Origin: an uncultured Bacilli bacterium
Lineage (GTDB): Bacteria > Bacillota_I > Bacilli_A > RF39 > UBA660
Direction: 5' to 3'
Assembly: GCA_947598395.1 (NCBI GenBank)
Contig: CANQFG010000003.1
Location: 4,178 to 68,177 of the forward strand
Length of the DNA stretch: 64,000 nucleotides
This document shows positions 18,850 to 28,837 of the stretch, in pieces (position 1 is the stretch's first letter; every line of letters begins with the position of its first letter). The translations under genes were made by a program, and so were the position numbers. Under the pieces are notes generated by a model. The model worked only from the letters and a program-made list of their open reading frames with translations. It had not been told where the DNA came from and searched no databases.

Positions 18850-19926
18850 TTATAATTGTTCAAATATCTCTTTATTCTTTTGTAATCGTTCGTCGTCTGG
18901 TGCATATTCTAAAGCTTTATTGATATGATAGATGGCTAAATCTTTAATACCTAAATTGTAATAACTTATCGATAGTAAATCATCAATGGTTGAATCCCAG
19001 CAAAATGGTTCATTAATATAAATCATGGCATTTTTTAATATTGTTTTTGCTTTTAGACAATTTACTATTACTTCAAAATAGTTTTTATTTTCTAACTCGA
19101 GCATCGCTAGTTCGACATAGGCTTCCCGCGTATGCGGACAAGTCTCGATGGCCCTTTGATACCAATATTTGGCTTCTTCAAAGCGTTTTAAGTGCATATA
19201 ACTACGAGCAATAAAGCGCATAGAAGCACTTTTTTCGACATCCCACGTAGCACTTTTTAAGTTGATGTGTTTTAGTAGAGTATCGATACATTCATTAAAG
19301 CGCCCATAATACATGTATTCGCGACCCAAATAATGGACATTGCGATCGTTTAATGGATCTTCTTTAACCGATAACTCGAGCAAAGGCAAATACGATGAAC
19401 GCGATTTCGTATGATCGGGATAGTGGTTTAAGACGATATCCGCATTAGTAGCCACATTCTCTTCTTTTAAAGAACACTCTAATATTTCATGGACGGGATG
19501 AATCCATTTATAATGTTTCCGATCATGAATTTTTTCATAGAAAAAGGTCACGACGGGACGATTTTGCTCATCGAGCGCCCAATTATATTTGTAGCGAACG
19601 CGATTAGTATGCGGATTCCACGTATCTTCCAATTTTTGGCGCCAACCCGGTTCGAGAACTTCATCTAAATCCGTACAGACACAGATATCCGTATCTAAGG
19701 GTACGAGATCTAAACTGCGATTGCGCGCCGTATCGAAGCGCCAGGGATCGACTTTTTCTTCATATGTTTGGATGCCATGACTTTTTAGTTTTGCCACGGT
19801 ATCATCTGTCGAACCCGTATCTAAGACATAAATAGCATCGGCTTCCTTCATCGATTCATACCAACGATCGACAAATTGACTCTCATTTTTGGAAATCGCA
19901 TAGACGACTATTTTATATTTATTCAT
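18850..19926 (-). CDS. Glycosyltransferase (GT2-like N-terminal domain) fused to TPR repeats
   Basis: N-terminal IVVYAISKNESQFVDRWYESM...VLDTGSTDDT resembles a GT-A fold with a DxD-like TDLDE. The C-terminal half has TPR-like A/Y/L periodicity. It lies 19 nt downstream of the collagen-like gene. Confidence 0.7.
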   Translation of the reverse strand: MNKYKIVVYAISKNESQFVDRWYESMKEADAIYVLDTGSTDDTVAKLKSHGIQTYEEKVDPWRFDTARNRSLDLVPLDTDICVCTDLDEVLEPGWRQKLEDTWNPHTNRVRYKYNWALDEQNRPVVTFFYEKIHDRKHYKWIHPVHEILECSLKEENVATNADIVLNHYPDHTKSRSSYLPLLELSVKEDPLNDRNVHYLGREYMYYGRFNECIDTLLKHINLKSATWDVEKSASMRFIARSYMHLKRFEEAKYWYQRAIETCPHTREAYVELAMLELENKNYFEVIVNCLKAKTILKNAMIYINEPFCWDSTIDDLLSISYYNLGIKDLAIYHINKALEYAPDDERLQKNKEIFEQL

Positions 19927-19945
19927 CTTTTTTCACTCATCAATT

Positions 19946-20518
19946 TTAAGCAGCAGCTCCGGCAGGACCAGTTGGACCTTGTGGAATCGTCAAATCGAGG
20001 ACAAAATTTGGCGCTGTACCCGAAATCGTAGCAGTAGCAGTTCCTCCTGGCGTTCCCGTCGTAACTGTTCCAATTGTCAAAACAGGCGTAGCTCCCGTTG
20101 GGCCGGTTTCACCCGTGGCTCCCGTTGGACCTTGTGGACCGATTGGACCAGCAACACCAGTTTCTCCAGTAGCACCCGTGGCTCCAGTAGCGCCAGTAGC
20201 TCCGGTTGGACCTGTAGCTCCAGTAGCACCAGTGGCTCCGGTAGCACCTACCGCGCCGGCAATTCCTTGTGGACCAGCAACTCCTTGAGGACCAGTTGGC
20301 CCTTGAGATCCTTGAGCACCATTAGTACCAGCAGGTCCTTGAGGTCCTTGTAAACCTTGAACCCCTTGTGGTCCCGTTGGCCCCATGATTCCTGGAACGC
20401 CTTGTAAGCCTTGAACTCCTTGAGGTCCGGTTGGTCCTTGAGGGCCAGTAGCTCCGGTTGGACCGACATTAGCTGGCGGCGTTGGCCGGAAGCCATTACA
20501 TTGGTAACTATTATTCAT
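19946..20518 (-). CDS. Collagen-like triple-helix repeat protein (BclA-like architecture)
   Basis: 42 uninterrupted Gly-X-Y triplets (aa 19-144), then a short beta-rich tail [37 protein letters not shown]. No signal peptide. AAAGGAAAG RBS. Confidence 0.9.
   Translation of the reverse strand: MNNSYQCNGFRPTPPANVGPTGATGPQGPTGPQGVQGLQGVPGIMGPTGPQGVQGLQGPQGPAGTNGAQGSQGPTGPQGVAGPQGIAGAVGATGATGATGATGPTGATGATGATGATGETGVAGPIGPQGPTGATGETGPTGATPVLTIGTVTTGTPGGTATATISGTAPNFVLDLTIPQGPTGPAGAAA
20087..20464 (-). repeat. Coding GXY triplet repeat array (GGN-NNN-NNN x42), including two runs of (GAT)4
   Basis: Direct reading shows 9-bp periodic GGAGCNACN units. The region is locally GC-rich relative to its surroundings. 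Confidence 0.9.
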
Positions 20519-20540
20519 TTAATCACTTTCCTTTCTAATA

Positions 20541-20568
20541 TAATCTATGTGAAAAGCGATAAAAAAGT
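20541..20568 (-). promoter_or_regulatory. Candidate mother-cell sigma (sigma-K/E-like) promoter for the collagen-like gene
   Basis: Minus strand reads AC, 17 nt, then CATAgatTA, ending 22 nt before the ATG. This matches the B. subtilis sigma-K consensus AC-(16-17)-CATAnnnTA. Confidence 0.4.
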
Positions 20569-20641
20569 ATCAACTTTTGCCTTACAAAAACGATGTCTAT
20601 TGCATCCTTTTAAAACTATTTTTAGGCAAAATACAGTCCAT

Positions 20642-20664
20642 AAAAAAGGCACCATCTGGTGCTT
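20642..20664 (-). terminator. Rho-independent terminator after the 78-aa gene
   Basis: Minus strand reads GCACC-agat-GGTGC followed by CTTTTTT. Confidence 0.65.
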
Positions 20665-20901
20665 TTACATATGAACCTTTATCGGTTCAGCAGTTTGACT
20701 GTTAACATTGACTAAGATACGATCCAATAAGGCATTCCAATAATCATAGGTCGCATTTTGAACGTCGGCATCTAACCTTTCGATTTGGCTATCGGCGAAT
20801 ATTCTCTTGCCAACGGCCAGCATCGTCGCCCATTCTTTATGCGCTTTCGTGTCGAGACTTTTTTCTAATATGGCTAACTTATCTTGTATAGTTTCTCGCA
20901 T
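20665..20901 (-). CDS. Small helical hypothetical protein (78 aa)
   Basis: ORF with a GGAGAG RBS and its own terminator. No motif recognised. Confidence 0.5.
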   Translation of the reverse strand: MRETIQDKLAILEKSLDTKAHKEWATMLAVGKRIFADSQIERLDADVQNATYDYWNALLDRILVNVNSQTAEPIKVHM

Positions 20902-20957
20902 TTCGTACTCTCCTTATAACAAGTTTAACAAATTAATATAATCCTAACAAGCAATTT

Positions 20958-21773
20958 TTAAAATCTTATTGGTCCAACATTAGACGTATCATTATATAAA
21001 TCTTCAAATTTGCCTTTGCGACTTAAGAACATCAACATTCCAAGGCCAACCACGATCATACAGACTGAAACAATTTGAGCAATTTTGAAGCCACCGAGCA
21101 TTAAGGCATCGGTACGACTCATCTCGATAAAGAAGCGAATGACACCATAGATGACCAAATAAGAAGCCGTCATCGTTCCCACTTTGGTATATTTACCGCG
21201 GCGAACAAATAACAAGACGATAAAGGCAATAAGACAGGCAAGGGACTCATAGAGAAAAGTTGGACTATAGACGACGCCATCGATTGTCATGCCCTTAATT
21301 ATAAAATCGGGTACGAATAAACTTTGCAATTTAGCAACCGTCGTCGCCGCACCATGAGCCTCTTGATTGAAGAAATTTCCCCAGCGGCCGATCGCTTGAC
21401 CAAGGAGCAAGGGCACGACGATAAAATCGACAATTCTTATGGTTCGAACTTTATATTTTTTCGTATAGAGAATTACGACGATCAAGCCAAAAATTAAACC
21501 ACCATGAATCGCGAGCCCGCCATTCCATACCTTTAATATATCGATAGGATTTTCCATAAATAGTGGCAAATTAAACAATACATAATATAATCGGGCCCCA
21601 ATTATGCCAAAGATGAGCGCCCAAAATAGAAGATTAAAGATAAAATCACGACTGATATTAAAGCGCATAGCTTCGCGCGTAACAAAATAAAATACGAAAA
21701 AAGCCGCTACTAATATCAATACGGAATACCAGCGAATTTCAAAGTTACCAATACTTATAAGTACAGGATTCAT
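20958..21773 (-). CDS. lgt: Prolipoprotein diacylglyceryl transferase
   Basis: WNGGLAIHGGLIFG and GRWGNFFNQEAHG motifs. Polytopic, 271 aa. Confidence 0.93.
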   Translation of the reverse strand: MNPVLISIGNFEIRWYSVLILVAAFFVFYFVTREAMRFNISRDFIFNLLFWALIFGIIGARLYYVLFNLPLFMENPIDILKVWNGGLAIHGGLIFGLIVVILYTKKYKVRTIRIVDFIVVPLLLGQAIGRWGNFFNQEAHGAATTVAKLQSLFVPDFIIKGMTIDGVVYSPTFLYESLACLIAFIVLLFVRRGKYTKVGTMTASYLVIYGVIRFFIEMSRTDALMLGGFKIAQIVSVCMIVVGLGMLMFLSRKGKFEDLYNDTSNVGPIRF

Positions 21774-21849
21774 ATTATCACTCTCCTATTTAATTATAAA
21801 TTATCAAGTTATATATTGCAATTAATAACAAAAAAATGTTGAAAAGATT

Positions 21850-24666
21850 TTACTTATCAACATTCAATATTCTCTTTAAGTATTGGCCCGTATATGATTC
21901 ATTGACTTTGGCAACACTTTCGGGAGTACCCGTTGCCACAACCGTTCCGCCGCCATCGCCACCATCAGGTCCCAAATCGATGATATAATCGGCAACTTTG
22001 ATGACATCTAAATTGTGTTCGATGACGATTACCGTATCGCCATTGTCGACGATGCGTTCGAGAATTACCAATAATTTTTTGATATCATCAGTATGCAACC
22101 CCGTCGTCGGTTCATCGAGAATAAATACGGATTTACCAGTCGGCTTCTTTTGCAATTCTTTCGCCAACTTGACGCGACCGGCCTCGCCGCCCGAGAGAGT
22201 TGGAGCACTTTGGCCAAGCGTGACATAGGAAAGCCCTACGTCCATTAATACTTGTAATTTGCTATATACTTTGGGGACATTTTCAAAGAATTTGATAGCT
22301 TCCTCGACACGCATATCCAATATTTCGGCAATATTCTTACCCTTGAACTTAACTTCAAGAGTTTCGCTATTGTAGCGTTTTCCCTTACAGACATCACAGG
22401 GAACATAGACATCCGGCAAGAAGTGCATTTCGATTTTTTTAACGCCATCCCCCCAGCAGGCTTCACACCGTCCACCTTTGACATTAAATGAGAAGCGGCC
22501 CTTATTATATCCGCGAATTTTCGATTCCTTCATCTCGGCAAAGACATCGCGAATATCGTCGAATACGCCCGTGTATGTCGCAGGATTGCTTCGAGGAGTA
22601 CGACCAATGGGATCTTGGGTAATTTGTACGACTTTATCGACATATTCTAATCCCTTGACGCCCTTGCATTTGCCCACTTCAACTTTACTGTTATAGATCG
22701 ATAATTGAAGGGCTTTGCATAAAATTTCATTGACTAACGACGATTTACCACTACCGGAAACACCGGTGACACATATTAAGGTACCAAGTGGAAACTTGAC
22801 ATTGATATTCTTCAAATTATTCTCCCGGGCTCCCATGACCGTCAAGAATTTGCCATTGCCCTTGCGCCGCTTCTTAGGAATTTCGATTTTTTCCTTGCCA
22901 CTTAAGTATAGGCCCGTAAGCGAATTTTCATTTTTCATGACTTCTTCGGGCGTTCCAGCTGCAACGACATAGCCCCCGTGTTCGCCAGCAACAGGCCCAA
23001 TATCGACGAGATAATCGGCGGCACGCATCGTGTCTTCATCATGTTCGACGACAATTAAGGTATTGCCCAAATCGCGCATCCTCTTTAAACTTTGAATAAG
23101 GCGATCGTTGTCCTTTTGATGTAAGCCAATACTCGGTTCATCTAAAACATAAAGGACGCCACTTAGTTGACTGCCAATTTGGGTCGCTAACCGAATGCGT
23201 TGGGCTTCCCCACCCGATAAAGTTCCCGCATTGCGCGATAAAGTTAAATAAGATAACCCAACATTATCGAGAAAATTTAATCGTGACTTGATCTCTTTGA
23301 CGATTAAATCACTGATTTCCAACTCCGTCTTCGTAAGTTTTAAATTGTTAAAGAATAAAATTAAATCTTTTATCGATAAATTTGTTACTTCCCATATATT
23401 CTTTTTACCGACTTTAATATTCAAAATATCGTTTTTTAGACGCGAACCCTTACATAGCGGACACGTGTTTTCGATCATATAACCTTCAATCCAATCGCGG
23501 ATCCAGGCACTGTTGGTTTCGATATAGCGCCGTTCCAAATTGACGATGATGCCCTCATAACTTTCCGTCGTATATCTTTTATTGCCATTTTTGGACGTAT
23601 ATTCAAAATCAAATTGTTCATCCGTACCATAGAGGATGACCTTTAAAGCGGCAGCATCCATATCTTTAATAGGCGTATTTAAATCGATCTTTAAGGCTTT
23701 AGCAATGGTAAAAAGGCGTGTCATATCGATATTATCATCGATCGTCAAAGTTCTTATGGCCCCTTCCAAAATCGATTTATTGCGATCCGGAATTAATAAA
23801 TCCTCCGAGATATGTTTAGTAACACCCAACCCTTTGCACAAAGGACAGGCGCCATACGGTGCATTGAAGGAAAATATCCTGGGTTCGAGTTCCGGCAAGG
23901 AAAAATCACAGTCGGGACAAGCATAATTTTCGCTCATCAAGATTTCCCGATCGCCGATGATGTTGACGACGACTTTGCCATTGGCCATCTTGGTAGCCGT
24001 TTCGATCGCTTCAAATAAGCGGCCCCGTTCGGTATCCTTTAAAACAATGCGATCGATGACGACGTCGATATTGTCCTTTTTATTTTTTTCAAGGACGATC
24101 TCGCCGGCAAGATCTTGGACAGTTCCATTGACGCGAACGCGGGTAAACCCCTCTTTACGCAATTTATCAAAGGTATCTTTATGCGTTCCCTTTTCGCCAT
24201 GAACGATGGGTGCTAAAACTTCGAGTTTCGTACCTGCCTCGTAATTCATGATGCGATTGGTCATTTCTTCAACACTTTGCGAGCTAATGGGAACCCCATG
24301 ATTGGGACAATATGGAATGCCAATTCGGGCAAATAAGAGTCGAAGATAATCGTAGATTTCGGTAACCGTTCCGACCGTACTTCGCGGGTTATTATTCGTC
24401 GATTTTTGGTCGATCGAAATACTGGGACTTAACCCCTCGATGGAATCGACGTCGGGCTTTTCCGAACCTCCTAAAAATTGGCGGGCATACGCCGATAGCG
24501 ACTCAACGTAACGTCTTTGACCTTCGGCATAAATCGTATCAAAAGCCAAACTGCTCTTGCCACTGCCCGAAACACCCGTCATGACGACGAGTTTATTTTT
24601 GGGAATCTCAATATTTATATTTTTTAAATTATTTTCGCGCGCCCCTTTTACGATAATTTTATCCAT
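21850..24666 (-). CDS. uvrA: Excinuclease ABC subunit A
   Basis: Two ABC modules (GVSGSGKSSL twice, LSGGEAQR / LSGGEAGR) and zinc-finger cysteines. 938 aa. Confidence 0.98.
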   Translation of the reverse strand: MDKIIVKGARENNLKNINIEIPKNKLVVMTGVSGSGKSSLAFDTIYAEGQRRYVESLSAYARQFLGGSEKPDVDSIEGLSPSISIDQKSTNNNPRSTVGTVTEIYDYLRLLFARIGIPYCPNHGVPISSQSVEEMTNRIMNYEAGTKLEVLAPIVHGEKGTHKDTFDKLRKEGFTRVRVNGTVQDLAGEIVLEKNKKDNIDVVIDRIVLKDTERGRLFEAIETATKMANGKVVVNIIGDREILMSENYACPDCDFSLPELEPRIFSFNAPYGACPLCKGLGVTKHISEDLLIPDRNKSILEGAIRTLTIDDNIDMTRLFTIAKALKIDLNTPIKDMDAAALKVILYGTDEQFDFEYTSKNGNKRYTTESYEGIIVNLERRYIETNSAWIRDWIEGYMIENTCPLCKGSRLKNDILNIKVGKKNIWEVTNLSIKDLILFFNNLKLTKTELEISDLIVKEIKSRLNFLDNVGLSYLTLSRNAGTLSGGEAQRIRLATQIGSQLSGVLYVLDEPSIGLHQKDNDRLIQSLKRMRDLGNTLIVVEHDEDTMRAADYLVDIGPVAGEHGGYVVAAGTPEEVMKNENSLTGLYLSGKEKIEIPKKRRKGNGKFLTVMGARENNLKNINVKFPLGTLICVTGVSGSGKSSLVNEILCKALQLSIYNSKVEVGKCKGVKGLEYVDKVVQITQDPIGRTPRSNPATYTGVFDDIRDVFAEMKESKIRGYNKGRFSFNVKGGRCEACWGDGVKKIEMHFLPDVYVPCDVCKGKRYNSETLEVKFKGKNIAEILDMRVEEAIKFFENVPKVYSKLQVLMDVGLSYVTLGQSAPTLSGGEAGRVKLAKELQKKPTGKSVFILDEPTTGLHTDDIKKLLVILERIVDNGDTVIVIEHNLDVIKVADYIIDLGPDGGDGGGTVVATGTPESVAKVNESYTGQYLKRILNVDK

Positions 24667-24744
24667 AATATCACCAAATTTCTTTACTATTTTACCACAA
24701 TTTTATAATTTTAAAAGTAGAATTAAATATAACGAAAATTTATA

Positions 24745-24773
24745 AAAACTATCTTCTTTATAAAGATAGTTTT
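24745..24773 (-). terminator. Hairpin terminator between dus and uvrA
   Basis: AAAACTATCTT...AAGATAGTTTT inverted repeat flanked by A/T runs. Confidence 0.6.
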
Positions 24774-24779
24774 GGCATT

Positions 24780-25766
24780 TTATTTCAAATCCTTTAACGA
24801 ATTAAGATAATCTTCAAAGATGCTAAATAATTCATTACTTTGATTACAGGAGCATATGCGATTTTTGATGACGGCGGAATTGGGAAGACCTTTTAAATAC
24901 CATAGGGCATGATTGCGAATTTCCAGCAACGCCACGCGCTCCGGTTTATATTTTAATAGGAGCGTAAAGTGTTTCTTTAGCATGGCTATTTTTTCTTCAT
25001 AAGTAATAATTTTAGGCTCTTTCCCTTCCTTTAAATAATCAACACATTCCCGAATGAGCCACGGATTTCCGAGATTTCCCCGCCCAATCATGACCGCATC
25101 GCAGCCCGTTTCATCCATCATCTTCTTGGCCAAAAAGCAACTGGTTACATCGCCATTGCCAATGACGGGAATGTGGACATTTTCCTTGACCATTTTAATA
25201 ATTTGCCAATCGGCTTTGCCACTATATCCTTGGGATCGCGTCCGCGCGTGAACAGTTACGGCCTTTGCTCCGGCCGCCTCAATTTTCTTCGCCACTTCTA
25301 AGGCATTGATATGCTCTTCATCCCAACCGCTGCGGATCTTTACCGTTATCGGCACATCGACATTATCGACCATCGCTTTGACTAATTCATAAATTTTATC
25401 GGGATTTTTAAGCAAGGCACTGCCCGCTTGACTGCGGATGGCCACCTTGGGAACGGGACAGCCCATATTAATATCGATTAATTTAATGTGATACTCATCG
25501 ACTAAAATCTTGGCGGCAGCGACCATCGTTTCGACATTGGCCCCAAAGATTTGCACGCCGACGGGAACATGAACATCATCGAGTCCCACGAGCATTTCCA
25601 AGGTCCGGCGATTGCGTCGCACGATAGCTTCGGCACTTATCAACTCCGTAAAGCAAAGACCGACGCCCATCTTTTCGACGATTTGCATATAGGCAGGATC
25701 GGATATGCCCGCCATGGGCGCCAAGACGATGGGATTCTTTATTTCTATATTACCGATTTTCATCAT
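24780..25766 (-). CDS. dus: tRNA-dihydrouridine synthase
   Basis: LAPMAGISD, DINMGCP and TVHARTR motifs of the Dus family. 328 aa. Confidence 0.9.
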   Translation of the reverse strand: MMKIGNIEIKNPIVLAPMAGISDPAYMQIVEKMGVGLCFTELISAEAIVRRNRRTLEMLVGLDDVHVPVGVQIFGANVETMVAAAKILVDEYHIKLIDINMGCPVPKVAIRSQAGSALLKNPDKIYELVKAMVDNVDVPITVKIRSGWDEEHINALEVAKKIEAAGAKAVTVHARTRSQGYSGKADWQIIKMVKENVHIPVIGNGDVTSCFLAKKMMDETGCDAVMIGRGNLGNPWLIRECVDYLKEGKEPKIITYEEKIAMLKKHFTLLLKYKPERVALLEIRNHALWYLKGLPNSAVIKNRICSCNQSNELFSIFEDYLNSLKDLK

Positions 25767-26319
25767 ACTCTAATTCTAATATATCTCCTGTTTGAAGATT
25801 ATACGTTTTGGCCTCGTCGGTGTCAATGTGTAATTCAAAGAAGGCGGGATCACCCACTTTTATATAGGCATCAAATAAAGGCACGTTATCCCTTTTTATA
25901 ACAACGGCATCATTCATTTTAAGATGGAGCTTTCGAGCCATTTCGGGATTCATATGGACATGACGCAACGCGAGAATGACACCGCCTGAAATTCTGACAC
26001 TTCCTTTGGGACCGATAAGGGTAATGGGTAAAGTATTCTGTAAATCGCCACTTTGCCGCCTTGGTGGATTGAGGCCAAGCATTTGGGCATCGGTTTGTGA
26101 TAATTCCACTTGATCATAAGCTCTTAAAGGCCCAACGACGCGAACATGGCTAACCTTATGTGAACCATTTTGCAAATCAACCGTAACCGTACTGGCAAAT
26201 TGCCCCGGTTGATTTAAGGCATTGCGGCATTCTAACACGGCCTCTTCGCCAAAGAGTTTTTTAAAAGTATTTTCAGTCAAATGTACATGATGATTGCTGA
26301 CACCGACACCAATTTTCAT
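25750..26319 (-). CDS. pduL: Phosphate acyltransferase of the PduL type
   Basis: Duplicated motifs VSNHHVHLTENTFKKLFG and RHVHMNPEMARKL are typical of PduL. Start at the ATG at 26319 after GGTGA. Overlaps the dus start by 17 nt. Confidence 0.85.
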   Translation of the reverse strand: MKIGVGVSNHHVHLTENTFKKLFGEEAVLECRNALNQPGQFASTVTVDLQNGSHKVSHVRVVGPLRAYDQVELSQTDAQMLGLNPPRRQSGDLQNTLPITLIGPKGSVRISGGVILALRHVHMNPEMARKLHLKMNDAVVIKRDNVPLFDAYIKVGDPAFFELHIDTDEAKTYNLQTGDILELEYDENR

Positions 26320-26369
26320 ATTCTTCACCATCTAAATTTTAGCATACTTTAAATAAAAAAGCATTCTCT

Positions 26370-26801
26370 TTATAGAAAATGCTTCATCTCTTTAATCGCC
26401 TTATTTTGAAAAGAAATTAAATCTTCGGCTATCGCCTTTTCTTCCTTGGTAATGCGTTCCTTATTCTTCTTTAATTCCCGAGTTACCTCCAAGACACCCA
26501 TCGTAAAACCTTGAATGAGCATATCGGCAATTTTGGCGTCGCTATTGTCGCGCATCAATTCCATATGAACCCCCATAAAGCTGCCCGCTTTCGCCATCAA
26601 ACTGCCACCACCATAGGTAATGTTGTTTTCCTTTAAGATATGTTCGACGCGATCCTTTAAGACGATATATTGATTTTCATAATCGATTAAGTTCTTCGTA
26701 ATCTTATTTTCCTTATTGCTAATTATGCCAATAACATCTTTAATTGATGTACTGCCCATTTCACAAGCTTTATATAGATTTAATAAAAATTCTTTATTCA
26801 T
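26370..26801 (-). CDS. Helical hypothetical protein (143 aa)
   Basis: ORF trimmed to MNKEF... after GGTGA. Predicted all-helical. No named motif. Confidence 0.5.
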   Translation of the reverse strand: MNKEFLLNLYKACEMGSTSIKDVIGIISNKENKITKNLIDYENQYIVLKDRVEHILKENNITYGGGSLMAKAGSFMGVHMELMRDNSDAKIADMLIQGFTMGVLEVTRELKKNKERITKEEKAIAEDLISFQNKAIKEMKHFL

Positions 26802-26845
26802 CGATATCACCATTATTAATATGGCTGATTTTATCAATTTTATTA

Positions 26846-28759
26846 CTAATTATTATCTTTTAATAAACTTACGATATTCATCTTATCGATATGATGAAGG
26901 GGAATATAGGAACCGATCATACTTAGTATTAGGCTAATAGCTAAGACGAGGCCAAAAATGCCAAATTTTAAAGTCAAGACATCTTCAAAGCCGATATAAT
27001 GTGATAATAATAAATTTAGGGGAATCGTTAGAATAACGGCAGCCAAGGTGGCCATTATACTGCTCACGATGGCAATGAGTTGATTTTCCAAAAGAAAGAT
27101 AAATTTAACTTCGCGATAGCTGATACCTAAAGATTTAAAGAGGCCAATATCATGGCGATGTTCATTGATACCCAAATAGGAAATGAGCCCCATGAGCATC
27201 GTCGCCACGATCAGTGAAATACCGGCAAAAGAAATGAGGACGATTCGGACGGCATCGAAGATGGTCGTAAAGGCACTTTTAAAGGTATCGGTATAATCCG
27301 TATAAGTAAAATTGGCATCATATTTATGAATTTTGGCAATGATATTTTCTTTATGAAAATAATCTTGTGGAAATAGATAGATCTCCTCCGGCAGTTCATT
27401 GGAAAAGTTATCGATCTTATAGATGATAGCCGAGGTATTGAAAAAATAGGAATCATCTAAACCCCTGACAACTCCCGTAATTTTATAAGTGATATTGTTA
27501 AATACATATTCATAATTGATTAATTCTTCAGCCGTATATTCCGCGGATTCCAGGCCAATAAGATGGGCCAAAGTGGCATTTAAACGATTATGGCAATCGA
27601 GAAGCAACATGACTTCATCGCGCTTAGAGGAAAACTTGCCAGCCAAGATTTCTAACGTATCATAAAACTGCTCTTCATCGCTTTTGGGAGTCGTAAAGAT
27701 GATATTATCGTCAATTAAATACGTATATACTTGATAATTGGTATCACTTTTTAATTCGCGAACAAAGGACATAAACCGGCGATCGATATTGTTGACATGG
27801 GCGTCCTTTTCAACGTAGACGCGCGCCGAATCGAAATCGTCATCGCTAGCAAAATCCTCAAAACTTTCGGTCATGTTACTACTCGTCAAGGAAAGATATA
27901 GAGGATAATATTTAGCATAATCATATTCATATCTTTGCAAACTATCTTTAAAACCTTGGGCTAAAGCGAGGGCCAGAAAGAGGGCCAGAAGCCCAACACT
28001 TAAGGCTATACTCGTCATGATATTTCGCTTAAAATTACTATGGTAGTTGGCCAAGACGATTTTTAGTAGTTTTTGCAAGGACATGGATTTATATTTGGGA
28101 AGTTTAAGAATGTTCCCCGTCTTAGTCTTATGGCGCGAACTTTTAATCGTTCCATCGACCATATGAAGGATTTCATCGCCATATTTTTGAGCTAAAGCTT
28201 CATTATGCGTGACGACGAGGACGAGTTTAGTTCGCGATATGCTCTTAAATAGACCCATTATCGCATCACTAGTAGCCGAATCCAGAGCTCCCGTTGGTTC
28301 ATCAGCCAAGATTATTTCGTGACGACTGGCCAAGGACCGGGCAATCGCGATCCGTTGGGCTTCCCCACCCGAAAGCGTAGCAACTTTCTGTTCGGGTAAA
28401 ACTTTTAAGTTCAAAAGATCCCAAATATTTGGATCGAGTTTTTGATAATTTAAGAGATTTATATTGTCTAAAACCGTCATCTTTGGCAAAAGATTATATT
28501 GTTGAAAGATGAAGCTAACATAATATCGGCGATAACATTCGAGCTCTCTTTTTGACAAATTATGTAACTTTAAACCTTGAACATTGATCGTCCCATTCGT
28601 CGGATGTTCTAAACCACCAAGCAAATTAAGTAGTGTCGTCTTGCCACTGCCACTGACGCCAATAATAAATATCAACCCTTTTTTAGGCAATACTAAATTA
28701 ATATTTTTTAAAACTGCTTTATCATGATAATATTTCGATACATTTTTTAATTCGATCAT
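26846..28759 (-). CDS. Fused ABC transporter: ATP-binding domain plus FtsX/MacB-type permease
   Basis: Walker A GVSGSGKTTL, signature LSGGEAQR and Walker B ILADEPTGALD. The C-terminal part has TM helices with a large extracytoplasmic loop, as in MacB/FtsX. Confidence 0.85.
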   Translation of the reverse strand: MIELKNVSKYYHDKAVLKNINLVLPKKGLIFIIGVSGSGKTTLLNLLGGLEHPTNGTINVQGLKLHNLSKRELECYRRYYVSFIFQQYNLLPKMTVLDNINLLNYQKLDPNIWDLLNLKVLPEQKVATLSGGEAQRIAIARSLASRHEIILADEPTGALDSATSDAIMGLFKSISRTKLVLVVTHNEALAQKYGDEILHMVDGTIKSSRHKTKTGNILKLPKYKSMSLQKLLKIVLANYHSNFKRNIMTSIALSVGLLALFLALALAQGFKDSLQRYEYDYAKYYPLYLSLTSSNMTESFEDFASDDDFDSARVYVEKDAHVNNIDRRFMSFVRELKSDTNYQVYTYLIDDNIIFTTPKSDEEQFYDTLEILAGKFSSKRDEVMLLLDCHNRLNATLAHLIGLESAEYTAEELINYEYVFNNITYKITGVVRGLDDSYFFNTSAIIYKIDNFSNELPEEIYLFPQDYFHKENIIAKIHKYDANFTYTDYTDTFKSAFTTIFDAVRIVLISFAGISLIVATMLMGLISYLGINEHRHDIGLFKSLGISYREVKFIFLLENQLIAIVSSIMATLAAVILTIPLNLLLSHYIGFEDVLTLKFGIFGLVLAISLILSMIGSYIPLHHIDKMNIVSLLKDNN

Positions 28760-28837
28760 AAGGATTCACGCCTTTTTAATTAAGCATCTATTATAATTAG
28801 ATAAAATAAAAAAATTAGGGTATTTTGTCTCCTAACT

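Noticed and set aside
19979-20353. 124-aa plus-strand ORF, and the 82-aa alternative-frame ORF at 20248..20496, inside the collagen-like gene
   Set aside because: These are Ser/Arg/Trp-rich translations produced by reading the GGN-CCN repeat on the opposite strand or in another frame. They have no RBS. They are artefacts of the repeat composition.
19946-20518. Collagen-like gene as a prophage tail-fibre gene
   Set aside because: There are no phage structural, integrase, terminase or lysis genes within about 20 kb on either side. Its neighbours are lgt, uvrA, mrnC and a glycosyltransferase. A cellular (spore or surface) role fits better.
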